Source: Squalus acanthias
Lineage: Eukaryota
Direction of reading: 5' to 3'
Length of the DNA stretch: 43,621 nucleotides
Assembly (NCBI GenBank): GCA_030390025.1
Contig: JASTWF010000361.1
Location: 434,001 to 477,621, forward strand
The notes beneath the pieces were generated by a model. The model made no database searches and was not told where the DNA came from. It saw nothing but the letters and a program-made list of their open reading frames with translations. Positions 34,442 through 43,621 of this stretch are shown here, piece after piece. Position numbers and translations under genes: made by a program. Position 1 is the first letter of the stretch. Each line of letters opens with the position of its first letter.

Positions 34442-35644
34442 CTACTGTCATTTCCCTCGCTTGTACCGAAGTGTTCCCCACCTTTCAAGTGATAAGAGTG
34501 TTATTATTTGTCTTACCTTTTAATAAAGATTGACGTTCTTTCATCAAACTCAGTTGTCTGCTGCACCTTTTGTATCACAACCCCCAAACAAGTCCAAGGT
34601 CTAGAACCAAGGGAGTGGGAGCGATTCGAACCGCTCAGAAGTCAGAGGTAAAGCTGACACAAAAACACCACCCCCTACACACTGTCTCCAAATTGTCAGA
34701 CTGCTTGTTCGACATCCAGTACTGGATGAGCAGAAATTTACTAAATATTGGGAAGACCGAAGCCATTGTCTTTGGTCCCCGCCACAAACTCCGTTCCCTA
34801 GCTACTGCCTCCATCACTCTCCCTAGCATCTGTCTGAGGCTGAACCTGACCATTCACAACCTTGATGTCATATTTGACCCCAAGATAAGCTTCCGACCAC
34901 ATACCCGTGCCATCACTAAGACAACCTATTTCCACATTCATAACATCGTCTGACACCGCTTCCTCAGCTCATCTGCTGCTGAAAACCTCATCCATGCTTT
35001 TGTTACCTCTATACTTGACTATTCCAATGCACTCCTGGCAGGCCTCCCAAGTTCTACCCTCCGTAAACTTGAGGTCATCCAAAACTCGGCTGCCCGTGTC
35101 CTAACTCGCACCAAGTCCCGTTCACCCATCACCCCTGTGCTCGCTGACCTACATTGGCTCCCAGTTAAGCAGCGCCTCAATTTCAAAATTCTCATCCTTG
35201 TTTTCAAATCCCTCCATGACCTTGGCCCTCCCTATCTCTGTAAACTCCTCCAGCCCTACAACCCCCCGAGATATCTGCGTTCCTCTAATTCTGGCCTCTT
35301 GAGCATGTCCGATTTTAATCACTGAACCATTGGTGGCCGTGCCTTCTGTTGACAAGATCCTAAGCTCTGGAATTCCCTCCCTAAACCTCTCCGCCTCTCT
35401 CTCCTCTTTTATGACGCTTCTTATAACCAACCTCTTTGACCAAGCTTCTGGTCACCAGCCCTGATATCTCCTTATGTGGCTCGGTGCAAAATTTGGTTTG
35501 ATAATCACTCCTGTGAAGCGCCTTGTGACGTTTTACTACATTAAAGGCGCTGTATAGATACAAGTTGTTGTTGCCATGTGTCTGCCCATTTCACCAGTCT
35601 GTCTGTTACTATCCTCTGCACTGTTTATTACATTTCCAAGTTAC

Positions 35645-37675
35645 ATTTGGTTATCTCTGGTTACTGCTGTTTATCTCTGGTTATCCCTGGTTCTCCCCGG
35701 TTCTCTCCGGCTCTCCCCAGTTATCTCCATCTCTCTCCCCAATATCTCCGGCTCTCCCCGGTTATCAGTGGCTCTCCCTGGTTATCTCCATTGCTCTCTG
35801 GGTCCCCCGGCACTCTTTGGGTCTCCCCTGTAGAATTCGCAAATTATCGCGATTTAAAAATAATGAGAAAGAGACATACAGTTTCGTAAACAGCTTTATT
35901 TCAGCAAAATGCTGTCAGGTTTCAAAACGGACATAAGCAGCCTGTAAAATGGCCGCCACGCCTCGTGGCAGAAGGTTCTAGATTTTCAGCAGGCAGACAA
36001 GATGGCGTTTCAATAAACATTTCAGCAAGATCGGACAGGACTCAGCATATTGAGATAAGACAAGACGAGATCGTTTTGCATTTTAACACCCAAGCAAGGA
36101 ATATAAGTGCTAGGAATCGGGTTTTTCCATGCACAAATGAGAGCTATTGTACTGGGCAATCAAGGGGCCCATCCAAAAGACATTGATACGCAAATTCCCC
36201 ACGGCTCTACGATGAGAGAGCCGTTCGCGGGTACTCACAACAAGAATCGGAGGCCCCCAAAACCCCTCCAGGGAGACTCCTAGCCGGTTCCACAATGGAA
36301 GAAATATTAACGGGTACTCAGACAGTTACAAGTATCACCGACACCCATTAACGACAAGTACCACCCCATACAAGAAGTTTGAGCGCCAAACCATAACAAA
36401 AGATGAACATTAAGATTGGGTGGGAGATAAGGAATTACAGTACTATAACTGTAGTGTCCAAACGTCCATCTTTCTCTTATTCGCTCGACTCTTATTCCTT
36501 TGACTCGCTTCTCTGATCCGTGGATTTTCCGGGAGTCAACCTCGTGGCTTGCCGCGAAGATCTGTGGAGAGCTGGTCTGCGAAGGCCGGTAAGCGGGCGC
36601 ACCATCCCGAGAAGTCGGTAAACGGTGTTGGAACCGAAGGCCCGACGAGACGAAACAAGACAAGAAGAAGAAGACGACCGCACGTGCCGCCGCGGTCAGT
36701 AAACCCCGACCGCGCCCGAAATAAGTGAACTTTGTAGGTTTTGATCGGGAATCCGAGGTCAACACAGATCTTCATGACAGCAGACGGTCCAGCCTGCTAG
36801 CCGGAGCAGAAGTGAGTAAACAAGTGGGGTACAGAGACCCCTGATCAACACGTGGATAGTCAGGTGCTGTGGTGAAAACATCCGAGCAGAGTTTCGGAAT
36901 TCTCCGAGTTATCACGAGTGGTGAGCATGAGTCTCGATCCTACAGATCTAGATTAGGACAGGTATTGATAGGGGAGGGTTTTATATATAATGTGTGTTCC
37001 CTTTTACGATGTGTCGTGCTCTCCTCGTTTCCCTAAACCTAGTTGCATAAATGTATGTAAGTTTGTACTGTCATTAATCTGTGCTTATGACATGTATTTC
37101 GTTATCTTGAATAATATGCAATAAAGATTTTCCATTTCGCACTATTCAACCGGGTCTACCTGAGTTTTCTCTGCATTATTGCTCTCGCACCTAAGTCCAG
37201 TGTCAGAACCGTAAGGGCGAGTGGGTCGAACCACTCACAGGTGTCTAGTGTTACCAGGCTGGCTGGAGACCAGAACAGGCAACAAGGCCTAACCCCGCAC
37301 TAGCACCCAGGCTAAGCACAGAGCCACGCGAACCCCTTACACCCCAGATCTCTCCGGCTCGCCCTGGCTGTCCCCGGTTCGCCCCGGCTATCTCTGGCTC
37401 GCCCCGGCTTTCTCTGTTTATCTCTGGCTGTCCCTGGCTCTTCCTGGCACTCCCTGGCTCTCTCTGGCTGTCCCGTGTTATCTCTGGATCGGTCCGGCTC
37501 CCTGAGTCTCCCTGGCTATCACTAGTACCCTCTGGTTCTCTCTGGCTCTCTCTAACTCTCCCCGGCTGTCACTGGCTCTCACTGGCTGTCCCCTGATGTC
37601 TCCGGCTCAGCCCGGCTCTCCAGCTCTCCCCGGCTCTCCCTGGCTCTCCTCGGCTATCTCTGGCTGTCCCCGACT
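35645..37675. repeat. Degenerate 10-bp minisatellite (CTCTCCCCGG/TATCTCTGGC), interrupted by the solo LTR
   Basis: 10-bp periodicity at 35645-35828 and 37346-37675. Confidence 0.8.
35829..37341 (+). mobile_element. Solo LTR (1513 bp), sister subfamily of the provirus LTR
   Basis: TGTAGAATTC...CCCCTTACA with 4-bp TSD CCCC. Colinear with 2390-4027 except for a replaced central segment. Confidence 0.95.
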
Positions 37676-38143
37676 CGCCAATCAGAGAAGGGAATCTCCC
37701 TTCATACATTTGACAGGAAGAGCTGTCAAATATATGAATAGAAATCACCCCCAAAACATAGTAAAACTTTAAATAAATTTAAAAAAAAAATCTCATTTTA
37801 AAAATGACTTTAAATTACATAAATTAAGTATTTTAAACAAAAATTTTATTTTTTGAAAAAACAAATTAAAGTTTTTAACAGGGCTAAAAATAAACTTACC
37901 TTTCTTTAAAGTATTTTTAAATGATAAATCAGTGGAAATTTTTTTTAAAAAACTTTTTTCAACTCTTATCCTGGTAAAAGCGGGCCTTACACCTGCTTTT
38001 ACCAGGCGCAAGAATGATAAGTGTTTTCTGCGGGCAGAGGGTCTCCAAAAAACAGAACTCTCCCCCCGCAGAGGCCCTTCTCCTGGGCAGCCGGAGGATC
38101 TGTCAAGAGCTTTCTTGACAGATCGGAAATGCCAGTTTCCAGC

Positions 38144-41031
38144 ACATACATACATAGATACATAGAAGATAGGAGCAGGAGTAGGCCATCCGGCCCTTCG
38201 AGCCTGCTCCGCCATTTAATGAGATCATGGCTGATCCTCCAATTCAGTATCCCGTCCCCGCCTTCTCTCCGTAACCCTTAACCCCTTTTGCCTGTAGAAA
38301 TATATCTAATTCCCTCTTAAATATATTTAATGAGCTGGCGTACACTGCCCTCTGTGGCAATGAGTTCCACAGGTTCACCACCCTCTGAGTGAAGAAATTC
38401 CCCCTCATTTCTGTCCTAAATGGTTTAGCCCTTATCCTTAAATTATGTCCTCTAGTTCTGTTCTCACCCGCCAAGGGAAACATTCCTTCTGCATCTAGTC
38501 TGTCTAGACCTGTCAGAATTTTATACACTTCTATGAGGTCCCCTCTCAATCTTCTAAACTCCAGTGTGTACATCCCTAAACTACATAGTCTCTCCTCATA
38601 GGTCAATCCCGCCATTCCTGGTATCAGCCTGGTGAATCGCCGCTGCACCCCCTCCATGGCAAGAACATCTTTCCTCAGATGAGGCGACCAAAACTGTACA
38701 CAGTACTCGAGCTGTGGTCTCACCAGTGCCCTGTACAGCTGCAGCAAGGTATCCCTGTTCCTGTATTCCAACCCTTTTGCTATGAAGGCCAGCATACCGT
38801 TTGCCTTCTTGATCGCCTGTTGCACCTGCATGCTCGCCTTCAGTGACTGGTGTACAAGAACACCCAGGTCTCTCTGTACTTCCCCCTCTCCCAATTTATT
38901 GCCATTTAAATAATAATTTGCCCTCCCGTTCCTGCACCCAAGGTGGATAACTTCGCACTTGTCCACATTATAGTGCATCTGCCATTTATCCGCCCAATCA
39001 CCCAGTCTGTCCAAATCGCTCTGGAGCTTCCTGGTCTCCTCCTCTGAGCCCACCCCTCCTCCTAGTTTAGTGTCGTCTGCAAATTTGGAAATGCTGCATC
39101 CGACTCCCTGATCCAGGTCATTAATGTAAATTGTGAACAGCTGGGGACCCAGGACAGATCCCTGTGGTACCCCACTTGTTACTGCCAGCCATTCAGAAAA
39201 TGAGCCGTTTATTCCAACTCTCTGTTTTCTATCTGACAGCCAGTTCTCTATCCACGTCAATACTTTCCCCTTTATCCCATGAGCTTCAATTTTCCCTGCT
39301 AATCTTTTATGTGGGACCTTATCGAAGGCCTTTTGGAAGTCCAGGTACACCACATCTACTGGCTCTCCCCCATCTATTTTACCAGTTACTCCCTCAAAAA
39401 ATTCCAATAGATTAGTCAAGCACGATTTACCCTTTGTAAATCCATGTTGACTCTGTCCTATCCTGTCCCCATTTGCTAAGTGCTCCGCTATTTCATCCTT
39501 AATGATGGACTCCAGCATTTTGCCCACAACTGATGTAAGGCTTACAGGTCTGTAATTACCTGCTTTTTCCCTACCCCCCTTTTTGAATAGTGGGGTAACG
39601 TTAGCTACCCTCCAATCCATGGGCACTGTTCCCGAGTCTAATGAATTCTGAAAAATCATACTTAGTGCATCCGCTATCTCTAGGGCCACCTCCTTCAGCA
39701 CCCTAGGATGCATGTTATCAGGCCCTGGGGATTTGTCCGCCTTCAATCCCTTTAGCTTCCTTAACACCATATCCTTAGAGATATTGACTTGCGTCAGTTC
39801 CTCCTTTGCAAATGTCCCTATTTTTCCCGATATCCCAGGGAGGTTTTTTGTGTCTTCCTTCGTAAAGACTGACCCAAAGTATGCATTTAGTTGGTCTGCC
39901 ATTTCTTTATTTCCCGTTATATATTCCCCCGTATCTGACTGCAATGGGCCAACTTTGGTTTTCACCAGTCTTTTCCTCTTGATATACTTATAAAAGCTTT
40001 TGGAGTTAGTTTTTATATTTTCCGCCAGCTTGCTTTCGTAAGCTATTTTGCCCCTCTTGATTAAGCCCTTTGTCCTCCTTTGCTCTATCTTAAACTGTTC
40101 CCAATCTTCCGCTCTGGCGCTTTTTTTGGCTAATTTATACGCCCTATCTTTGGATTTTATGCTGTCTCTAATTTCCCCTGTTATCCACGGTTGAGTCACC
40201 TTTTTAGATTTCCTTTTATGCCAGATTGGTATAAACAATTTTTGCAATTTTGTCATTCTACCTTTAAATGCTTGCCATTGTTTATCTACCTCCAGTCCTC
40301 CCAGGAACGTTGTCCAATCAGACCTACTCAGTTCCCGTCTAATGGCATCATAATTCCCCTTGTTTAAATTCAGGACCTTAGTATCTGAGTCAATTTCTTC
40401 GCTCTCCATTTCGAGTGAGAAATCGATCATGTTATGATCGCTCTGACCCAAGGGTCCCCGTACAACAAGATTACTAATTAGTCCCTTCTCATTGCACAGT
40501 ACCCAGTCCAATATAGCCTGTTCCCGAGTTGGTTCCTCGACATATTGATCCAGATAACCATCCCTTAAACACTCAAGGAATTCCTCCTCCTCATTATTTT
40601 TACTGATTAGGCTATTCCAATCTATATGTAAGTTAAAGTCACCTATGATGACAGCTGTGCTCTTATTGCACGCTTCTCTAATTTCCCTCGTGATGCCCTC
40701 CCCAACCTCTATTTTACTATTTGGAGGCCTATATACCACTCCTATTAATGTTTTTCGCCCCTCGCTATTTCTTAGCTCCACCCATATAGATTCTGTATTA
40801 ACTGAGTTAATATCCTTCCTTTCAATTGCATTTATCCCTTCTTTTACCAGCAATGCTACCCCTCCTCCCTTTCTTTTTTGTCGATCCTTCCTAAATACTG
40901 AATACCCTTGTATGTTAAGCTCCCAGCCCTGCTCACCCTGCAACCATGTTTCCGTAATCCCAATTAGATCATAATTATTAACCTCTATTTCCACAGCTAA
41001 TTCATCTACCTTGTTCCTGATGCTTCTCGCA
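38144..41031 (-). mobile_element. Young CR1 LINE copy 2, truncated at the very start of ORF2
   Basis: Near-identical to copy 1; (ATGT/ATCTATGT)n tail; the 5' end reads ARSIRNKVDEL. Confidence 0.96.
38244..40994 (-). CDS. CR1 ORF2 (APE endonuclease + RT), 916 aa open, lacks native start
   Basis: ITETWL, YRPP, GDFN, SDH and RT motifs through FADD; no stops. Confidence 0.92.
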   Translation of the reverse strand: MEIEVNNYDLIGITETWLQGEQGWELNIQGYSVFRKDRQKRKGGGVALLVKEGINAIERKDINSVNTESIWVELRNSEGRKTLIGVVYRPPNSKIEVGEGITREIREACNKSTAVIIGDFNLHIDWNSLISKNNEEEEFLECLRDGYLDQYVEEPTREQAILDWVLCNEKGLISNLVVRGPLGQSDHNMIDFSLEMESEEIDSDTKVLNLNKGNYDAIRRELSRSDWTTFLGGLEVDKQWQAFKGRMTKLQKLFIPIWHKRKSKKVTQPWITGEIRDSIKSKDRAYKLAKKSARAEDWEQFKIEQRRTKGLIKRGKIAYESKLAENIKTNSKSFYKYIKRKRLVKTKVGPLQSDTGEYITGNKEMADQLNAYFGSVFTKEDTKNLPGISGKIGTFAKEELTQVNISKDMVLRKLKGLKADKSPGPDNMHPRVLKEVALEIADALSMIFQNSLDSGTVPMDWRVANVTPLFKKGGREKAGNYRPVSLTSVVGKMLESIIKDEIAEHLANGDRIGQSQHGFTKGKSCLTNLLEFFEGVTGKIDGGEPVDVVYLDFQKAFDKVPHKRLAGKIEAHGIKGKVLTWIENWLSDRKQRVGINGSFSEWLAVTSGVPQGSVLGPQLFTIYINDLDQGVGCSISKFADDTKLGGGVGSEEETRKLQSDLDRLGDWADKWQMHYNVDKCEVIHLGCRNGRANYYLNGNKLGEGEVQRDLGVLVHQSLKASMQVQQAIKKANGMLAFIAKGLEYRNRDTLLQLYRALVRPQLEYCVQFWSPHLRKDVLAMEGVQRRFTRLIPGMAGLTYEERLCSLGMYTLEFRRLRGDLIEVYKILTGLDRLDAEGMFPLAGENRTRGHNLRIRAKPFRTEMRGNFFTQRVVNLWNSLPQRAVYASSLNIFKRELDIFLQAKGVKGYGEKAGTGY

Positions 41032-41117
41032 GTGCATGCCTGAAACCGGCATTTCCGTTTGCCCTACAGGTGAGTACACAGCGCGTACACACCCGTAGGG
41101 ATCAGAATTTCTGCCTC

Positions 41118-42390
41118 ATTGTGTACAGTTTTGTTCTCCTTACCTAAGGAAGGATATACTTGCCATAGAGGGAGTGCAACGAAGGTTCACCAGACTGATT
41201 CCTGGGATGGCGGGACTTTCGTATGAGGAGAGATTGAGTAGACTAGGCCTATATTCTCTGGTGTTTAGAAAAATGAGAGGTGATCACATTGGCCCTGAAA
41301 TTCGCCTTTCCAGCTTGCCGCGGGGGTAAGGATCGCGCGCACGCGCACTTACCTACCGCGCCTGCCGTTGACCTCTGGGCCCACGGGAACTTCAGCTCCA
41401 GGGCCTGCTCCAAGTGCCAGCGCGCAGTGCGCGCGTGTCCCAGGGGCGTAGTTTGTGCGATGCGTCCCCTGGGATCACGTGGGCCATGGAGAGCCAATGG
41501 CAGCAGACCATCTTTCATTCATAGATTTGACAACCTGTCAAATCTGTGAATTGAAATCGGCCCCAAAAGAACAGTTAAACTTCAAATAAATTTTTAAAAA
41601 ACCATCACATTTATAAAAGAAGTTAAATAAATTTTTGAAAAAATTAAAATACTTTTTAACAGTGCTAAAAATAAACTTACCTTTCTTTAAAGTATCTAAA
41701 AAAGATAAACCTGTTGAAATTTTTTTTACATTATAATTAATTAACCACTTACCTTGTTGAAAACGGGTCCTGCGCCTCCTTTTTAAAAGCGCAGGTTCTT
41801 CAATACTTACCCTCCCGTAGAAACCTGAACAAAAACCTAAGTTTGCTGCGTGCGCGCAGCCTCTACCGCGCACGCGGTTCACCTCTGAACCGCTCCCTTC
41901 ACCAGGACGGAAGTTCCGGTTTCCCGCACATGCGCAGTGCATGCAGGAAACCAACACTTCAGGACGCCTTACGGGTGAGTACACAGCGCGTACTCACCTG
42001 GAAAGGGCCGAATTTTTGGCCCATTGAAACATACAAAATTCTTACAGGGCTTGACAGGGTAGATGCAGGGAGGATGTTTCCCCTGGCTGGAGAGTCTAGA
42101 ACCAGGGGTCACAGTCTCAGAATAAGGGGTCGGCCATTTAGGACTGAGATGAGGAGAAATTTCTTCACTCAGAGGGTGGTGAATCTTTGGAATTCTCTAC
42201 CCCAGAGGGCTATGGAGGCTCAGTCGTTGAGTATATTCAAGACAGAGATCGATAGATTTTTGAATATTAGGGGATATGGGGATAGTGCAGGAAAGTGGAT
42301 TGAGGTAGAAGATCAGCCATGATCTTATTGAATGGCGGAGGCTCGACGGGCCAAATGGCCGATTCCTGCTCCTATTATGTTCTTATGTTC
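41118..42390 (+). mobile_element. Older CR1 3' fragment split by a MITE (41118-41290, 42023-42390)
   Basis: IEGVQRRFTRLIPGM ... IETYKILTGLDRVDAGRMFPL ... NLWNSLPQ; (TTATGTTC)n tail. Confidence 0.88.
41291..42022. mobile_element. PIF/Harbinger-type MITE (732 bp)
   Basis: Imperfect TIR GGCCCTGAAATTCGCCTTTCCAG / CTGGAAAGGGCCGAATTTTTGGCCC and 3-bp TSD ATT. Removing the element restores the CR1 frame. Confidence 0.8.
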
Positions 42391-43621
42391 TCTGGCTCTC
42401 CCTGGCTGTCGCTGGCTGTCCCCAATTATCTCTGTTTCTCCCCGGTTATCTCTGGCTCTCCCCGGCTGTCCCGGGCGCTCTCTGGCTCTCTCTGGCTTTC
42501 CCTGGCTCTCTCCGGTTATCTCTGGCTCTCTCTGGCTGTCTCCGGCTCACCCTGGCTGTCCCCGGCTCTCTCCTGTTATCAATGGCTGTCCCCGGCTCTT
42601 CCTGGCACTGCCCGGCTGTCCCCGACACTCCTTGGCTGTCTCTGGCTGTCCCCGGTTATCTCCAGCTCTCCCCAGTTATCTCTGGCTCTCTCTGGCCCTA
42701 TCCGGCTGTCCCCGGCTCTCTCCGGCTGTCCCGGGGGCTCTCTGGCTATCCCCGCCTCTCTCCAGCTCTCCCTGGCTCTCCCGGTTATGACCGGCTCTCC
42801 CCAGTTATCTTCGGTTCTCCCTGGCTCACTCTGGATGTCCCCAGCTCTCTCTGGCTGCCCCGTTATCCCCGGCTCTGCCCGACTCTCTGGGATTCCCCGG
42901 CTATCCCTGGTACACTCTGGCTGTCCCTGGCTCTCCCCCAGCCTCTCTCCGGCTCTCCCCCAGGCTCCCTCCAGCCATCCGCAGCTCACCCTGGCTGTCC
43001 CCGGCTCTCACCGGTTATCTCTGGCTATCCCCTGCTCTTCCTGGCACTGCCCGGCTCTCACTGGATGTCCCCAGCTCTCTATGTTATCTCTGGCTCTCTC
43101 CACCCACCCCAGCTCTCCCCGGCACTCTCTCCCTCTCCCCGGCTCTCTCCCTCTCCCCCTCTCCCCGGCTCTCTCTCCCTCTCCCCGGCTCTCTCCCTCT
43201 CCCCGGCTCTCTCTCCCTCTCCCCGGCTCTCTCTCCCTCTCCCCGGCACTCTCTCCCTCTCCCCGGCTCTCTCTCCCTCTCCCTCTCCCCGGCACTCTCT
43301 CCCTCTCCCCGGCTCTCTCCCTCTCCCCGGCTCTCTCTCCCTCTCCCCGGCTCTCTCTCTCTCTCCCTCTCCCCGGCTCTCTCTCTCCTCTCCCTCTCCC
43401 CGGCTCTCTCTCCCTCTCCCTCTCCCCGGCTCTCTCTCCCTCTCCCTCTCCCCGGCTCTCTCTCTCTCTCCCTCTCCCCGGCACTCTCTCCCTCTCCCCG
43501 GCTCTCTCTCTCTCTCCCTCTCCCCGGCACTCTCTCTCTCTCCCCGGCTCTCTCTCTCTCTCCCTCTCCCCGGCACTCTCTCCCTCTCCCCTGCTCTCTC
43601 CGCCCACCCCTGCTCTCCCCG
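42391..43621. repeat. 10-bp minisatellite grading into a pyrimidine-rich CTCTCCCCGG/(CT)n array
   Basis: 10-bp periodicity to ~43110, then CTCTCCCCGG units separated by variable (CT)n/CCCTCT spacers. Confidence 0.9.

Larger units (their letters stand above)
26030..34679 (+). mobile_element. Fragmented long solo LTR (~1647 bp net: 26030-26164, 28819-30096, 34446-34679), distant relative of the provirus LTR
   Basis: TGTAAGG...CCCTACA with 4-bp TSD CACT (26026-26029, 34680-34683); AATAAA at 34522; U5 motifs shared with 3880-3925. Confidence 0.8.
25665..35573 (+). mobile_element. L2-type LINE 3' part, fragmented (25665-26029 and 34684-35573)
   Basis: GVP-GS-LGP and YADD-like remnants at 25690-25810. 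The sequence rejoins across the CACT TSD. LNIGKTEAIVF, LHWLPVKQRLNFKIL, and a tail AAGGCGCTGTATAGATACAAG(TTG)n. Confidence 0.85.
37676..41117. mobile_element. Harbinger-type MITE, left end lost, split by CR1 copy 2 (37676-38147 and 41028-41117)
   Basis: Homologous to 41291-42022 (AAAATAAACTTACCTTTCTTTAAAGTAT; GGTGAGTACACAGCGCGTAC). Ends GAATTTCTGCCTC|ATT. Confidence 0.7.

Noticed and set aside
42332..43607. Low-complexity ORFs (LSP/GRGRE repeats)
   Set aside because: These are translations of minisatellite sequence.

Overview
Eukaryotic, gene-free window made almost entirely of nested repeats. The SINE and LINE content (DeuSINE/SacSINE1-like, CR1, L2) suggests a cartilaginous fish, which is an inference. 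The centrepiece is a ~12.3-kb endogenous retrovirus-like provirus (2390-14663) inserted in a 61-bp satellite. It has 1.64-kb LTRs, an 18-nt tRNA-Arg(UCG) PBS, and a Gag with a coiled coil and an overlapping PSAP/PPxY late domain. Gag and pol are in one frame joined by a CAA-TGA-CTAG readthrough signal. Pol has a dead Gypsy-type RNase H followed by an intact second RNase H. Env is shaped like a paramyxo/pneumovirus F protein rather than a retroviral SU-TM, and carries an N-terminal immunoglobulin-like domain. This best fits a lokiretrovirus-like lineage, and the Ig-F fusion is the most novel-looking element. Two further long solo LTRs of related families are present, one fragmented by later insertions, and they share a splice donor and a covarying U5 hairpin. 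The window also holds two CsRn1-like Ty3/Gypsy elements in inverted orientation (one chimeric), two young CR1 LINEs in inverted orientation, older LINEs, Harbinger and hAT MITEs, a DeuSINE and minisatellites. All family assignments come from motif recognition by eye; no searches were run.
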